A stretch of 64,000 nucleotides of DNA from Hyalangium minutum. Its GTDB lineage: Bacteria > Myxococcota > Myxococcia > Myxococcales > Myxococcaceae. The position numbers were made by a program, and so were the translations under genes. Positions within the stretch are counted from its first letter, which is position 1. Each line of letters opens with the position of its first letter. This document shows positions 62,808 to 64,000 of the stretch, piece by piece. The notes beneath the pieces are model-generated. The model was not told where the DNA came from. It searched no databases and saw only the letters and a list, made by a program, of their open reading frames with translations. The stretch covers positions 124,001 to 188,000 of the forward strand of contig NZ_JMCB01000001.1 in NCBI RefSeq assembly GCF_000737315.1, in the 5' to 3' direction.

Positions 62808-64000
62808 ATGACTTTTGACGAACTGAAGCTCGCTGAACCCCTGCTGCGCGCCGTGAAGGCCGAGGGCTACACCACTCCCACTCCCATCCAGACCCAGGCC
62901 ATTCCTCCGGCGCTCGCCGGCCGCGACGTGCTGGGCTGCGCACAGACGGGCACGGGCAAGACGGCGGCGTTCGCGCTGCCCATCCTCCACCGGCTCTCCG
63001 AGGGCCGCCCCGCTCCGGCCGCGCACGGGCGCCCCATCCGCGCGCTCATCCTCACCCCCACTCGCGAGCTGGCCAGCCAGATCGTCGAGAGCTTCCAGGC
63101 CTACGGGAAGTTCACCTCGCTCACGTGGGCGGTGATCTTTGGCGGCGTGGGGCAGAACGCGCAGGAGCAGGCGCTGCGGCGCGGCGTGGACGTGCTGGTG
63201 GCGACGCCCGGGCGGCTGTTGGACCTGATGAGCCAGAAGCTCGTCTCGTACAAGGCGCTCGAGGTGTTCGTGCTGGACGAGGCCGACCGCATGCTGGACA
63301 TGGGCTTCATCCATGACGTGAAGAAGGTCATCGCGGCGATCCCTGCGAAGCGGCAGACGCTGTTCTTCTCCGCGACGATGCCGCCGGAGATCCAGGCGCT
63401 GAGCAAGGGCATCCTGAAGGATCCGGCGAAGGTGGAGGTGGTGCCGCAATCCACCACGGCGGAGAAGGTGGAGCAGCGGCTGTACTTCGTGGAGCGCGAG
63501 CAGAAGCGCCACCTGCTGGTGCACCTGCTGGGCGACACGAGCATCCGCCGGGCGCTGGTGTTCACGCGGACGAAGCACGGCGCCAACCGGGTGACGCGGC
63601 AACTGGAGGCGGCGCGCATCACCGCCGAGGCCATTCACGGCAACAAGAGCCAGAACGCGCGCGAGCGGGCGCTGGACTCGTTCAAGGACGGCAGCTGCCG
63701 GGTGCTGGTGGCCACGGACATCGCGGCGCGCGGCATCGACATCGAGGGGATTACCCACGTCATCAACTTCGATTTGCCGAACATCCCCGAGTCCTACGTG
63801 CACCGCATTGGCCGCACGGGCCGCGCGGGCGCGGCGGGCACGGCGCTGTCCTTCTGCGACACGGAGGAGCGCGCGTACCTGAAGGACATCGAGCGCACCA
63901 TCCGGCGGCACGTGCCGGTGGTGGCGGACCACCCGTTCCGCTCGGGCTCCGGGGCGCCGACGCCCTCGGTGCTGGGGGCGGCGCAGGGACAGTCCGCGCA
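62808..64000 (+). CDS. rhlE: DEAD-box RNA helicase, RhlE-like, 3'-truncated by window edge
   Basis: ATG at 62808 (MTFDELKL); [64 protein letters not shown]. Absent from the track because no stop lies in the window. Confidence 0.92.
   Translation, partial: MTFDELKLAEPLLRAVKAEGYTTPTPIQTQAIPPALAGRDVLGCAQTGTGKTAAFALPILHRLSEGRPAPAAHGRPIRALILTPTRELASQIVESFQAYGKFTSLTWAVIFGGVGQNAQEQALRRGVDVLVATPGRLLDLMSQKLVSYKALEVFVLDEADRMLDMGFIHDVKKVIAAIPAKRQTLFFSATMPPEIQALSKGILKDPAKVEVVPQSTTAEKVEQRLYFVEREQKRHLLVHLLGDTSIRRALVFTRTKHGANRVTRQLEAARITAEAIHGNKSQNARERALDSFKDGSCRVLVATDIAARGIDIEGITHVINFDLPNIPESYVHRIGRTGRAGAAGTALSFCDTEERAYLKDIERTIRRHVPVVADHPFRSGSGAPTPSVLGAAQGQSA

Overview
High-GC, myxobacterial-looking window with three zones. 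(1) 1-34.2 kb, + strand: the 3' part of a trans-AT polyketide synthase cluster. Three giant PKS genes (the first enters from the left edge) read [DH]-ACP-KS-DH-KR-ACP-KS0 | ACP-KS-KR-ACP-KS-ACP-KS | KR-ACP-KS-DH-KR-cMT-ACP-KS0-ACP-KS-ACP-TE(dead)-TE. They are followed by a MupA-like luciferase-type monooxygenase and a trans-AT/enoyl-reductase fusion. (2) 34.2-55.1 kb: an accessory block bracketed by two type II thioesterases. It holds an outer-membrane barrel/LolD/2xFtsX/LolA-like transporter, a YczE-like membrane protein, two UbiB/ABC1 atypical kinases and an SxxC thioredoxin-fold protein. It also holds a condensation-less NRPS A(N-MT)-T-TE whose TE has a cysteine nucleophile (GYCFG), an SRPBCC/START protein, two Coq4-family metalloproteins and two paralogous SDRs. 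(3) 55.2-64 kb: a five-gene cassette resembling orphan T6SS/contractile-injection accessory genes (TTR-like, LysM/PG-binding, OmpA/PG-binding, putative Cys-His-Asp effector, small ORF), then a SnoaL-like gene, a stand-alone EF-G and a RhlE-like DEAD-box helicase cut by the right edge. The strongest novelty candidates are the Coq4/UbiB/START/SDR set inside a PKS cluster and the Cys-TE NRPS. All assignments come from motifs read by eye; no database search was run, and the product cannot be named because the 5' half of the cluster lies outside the window.
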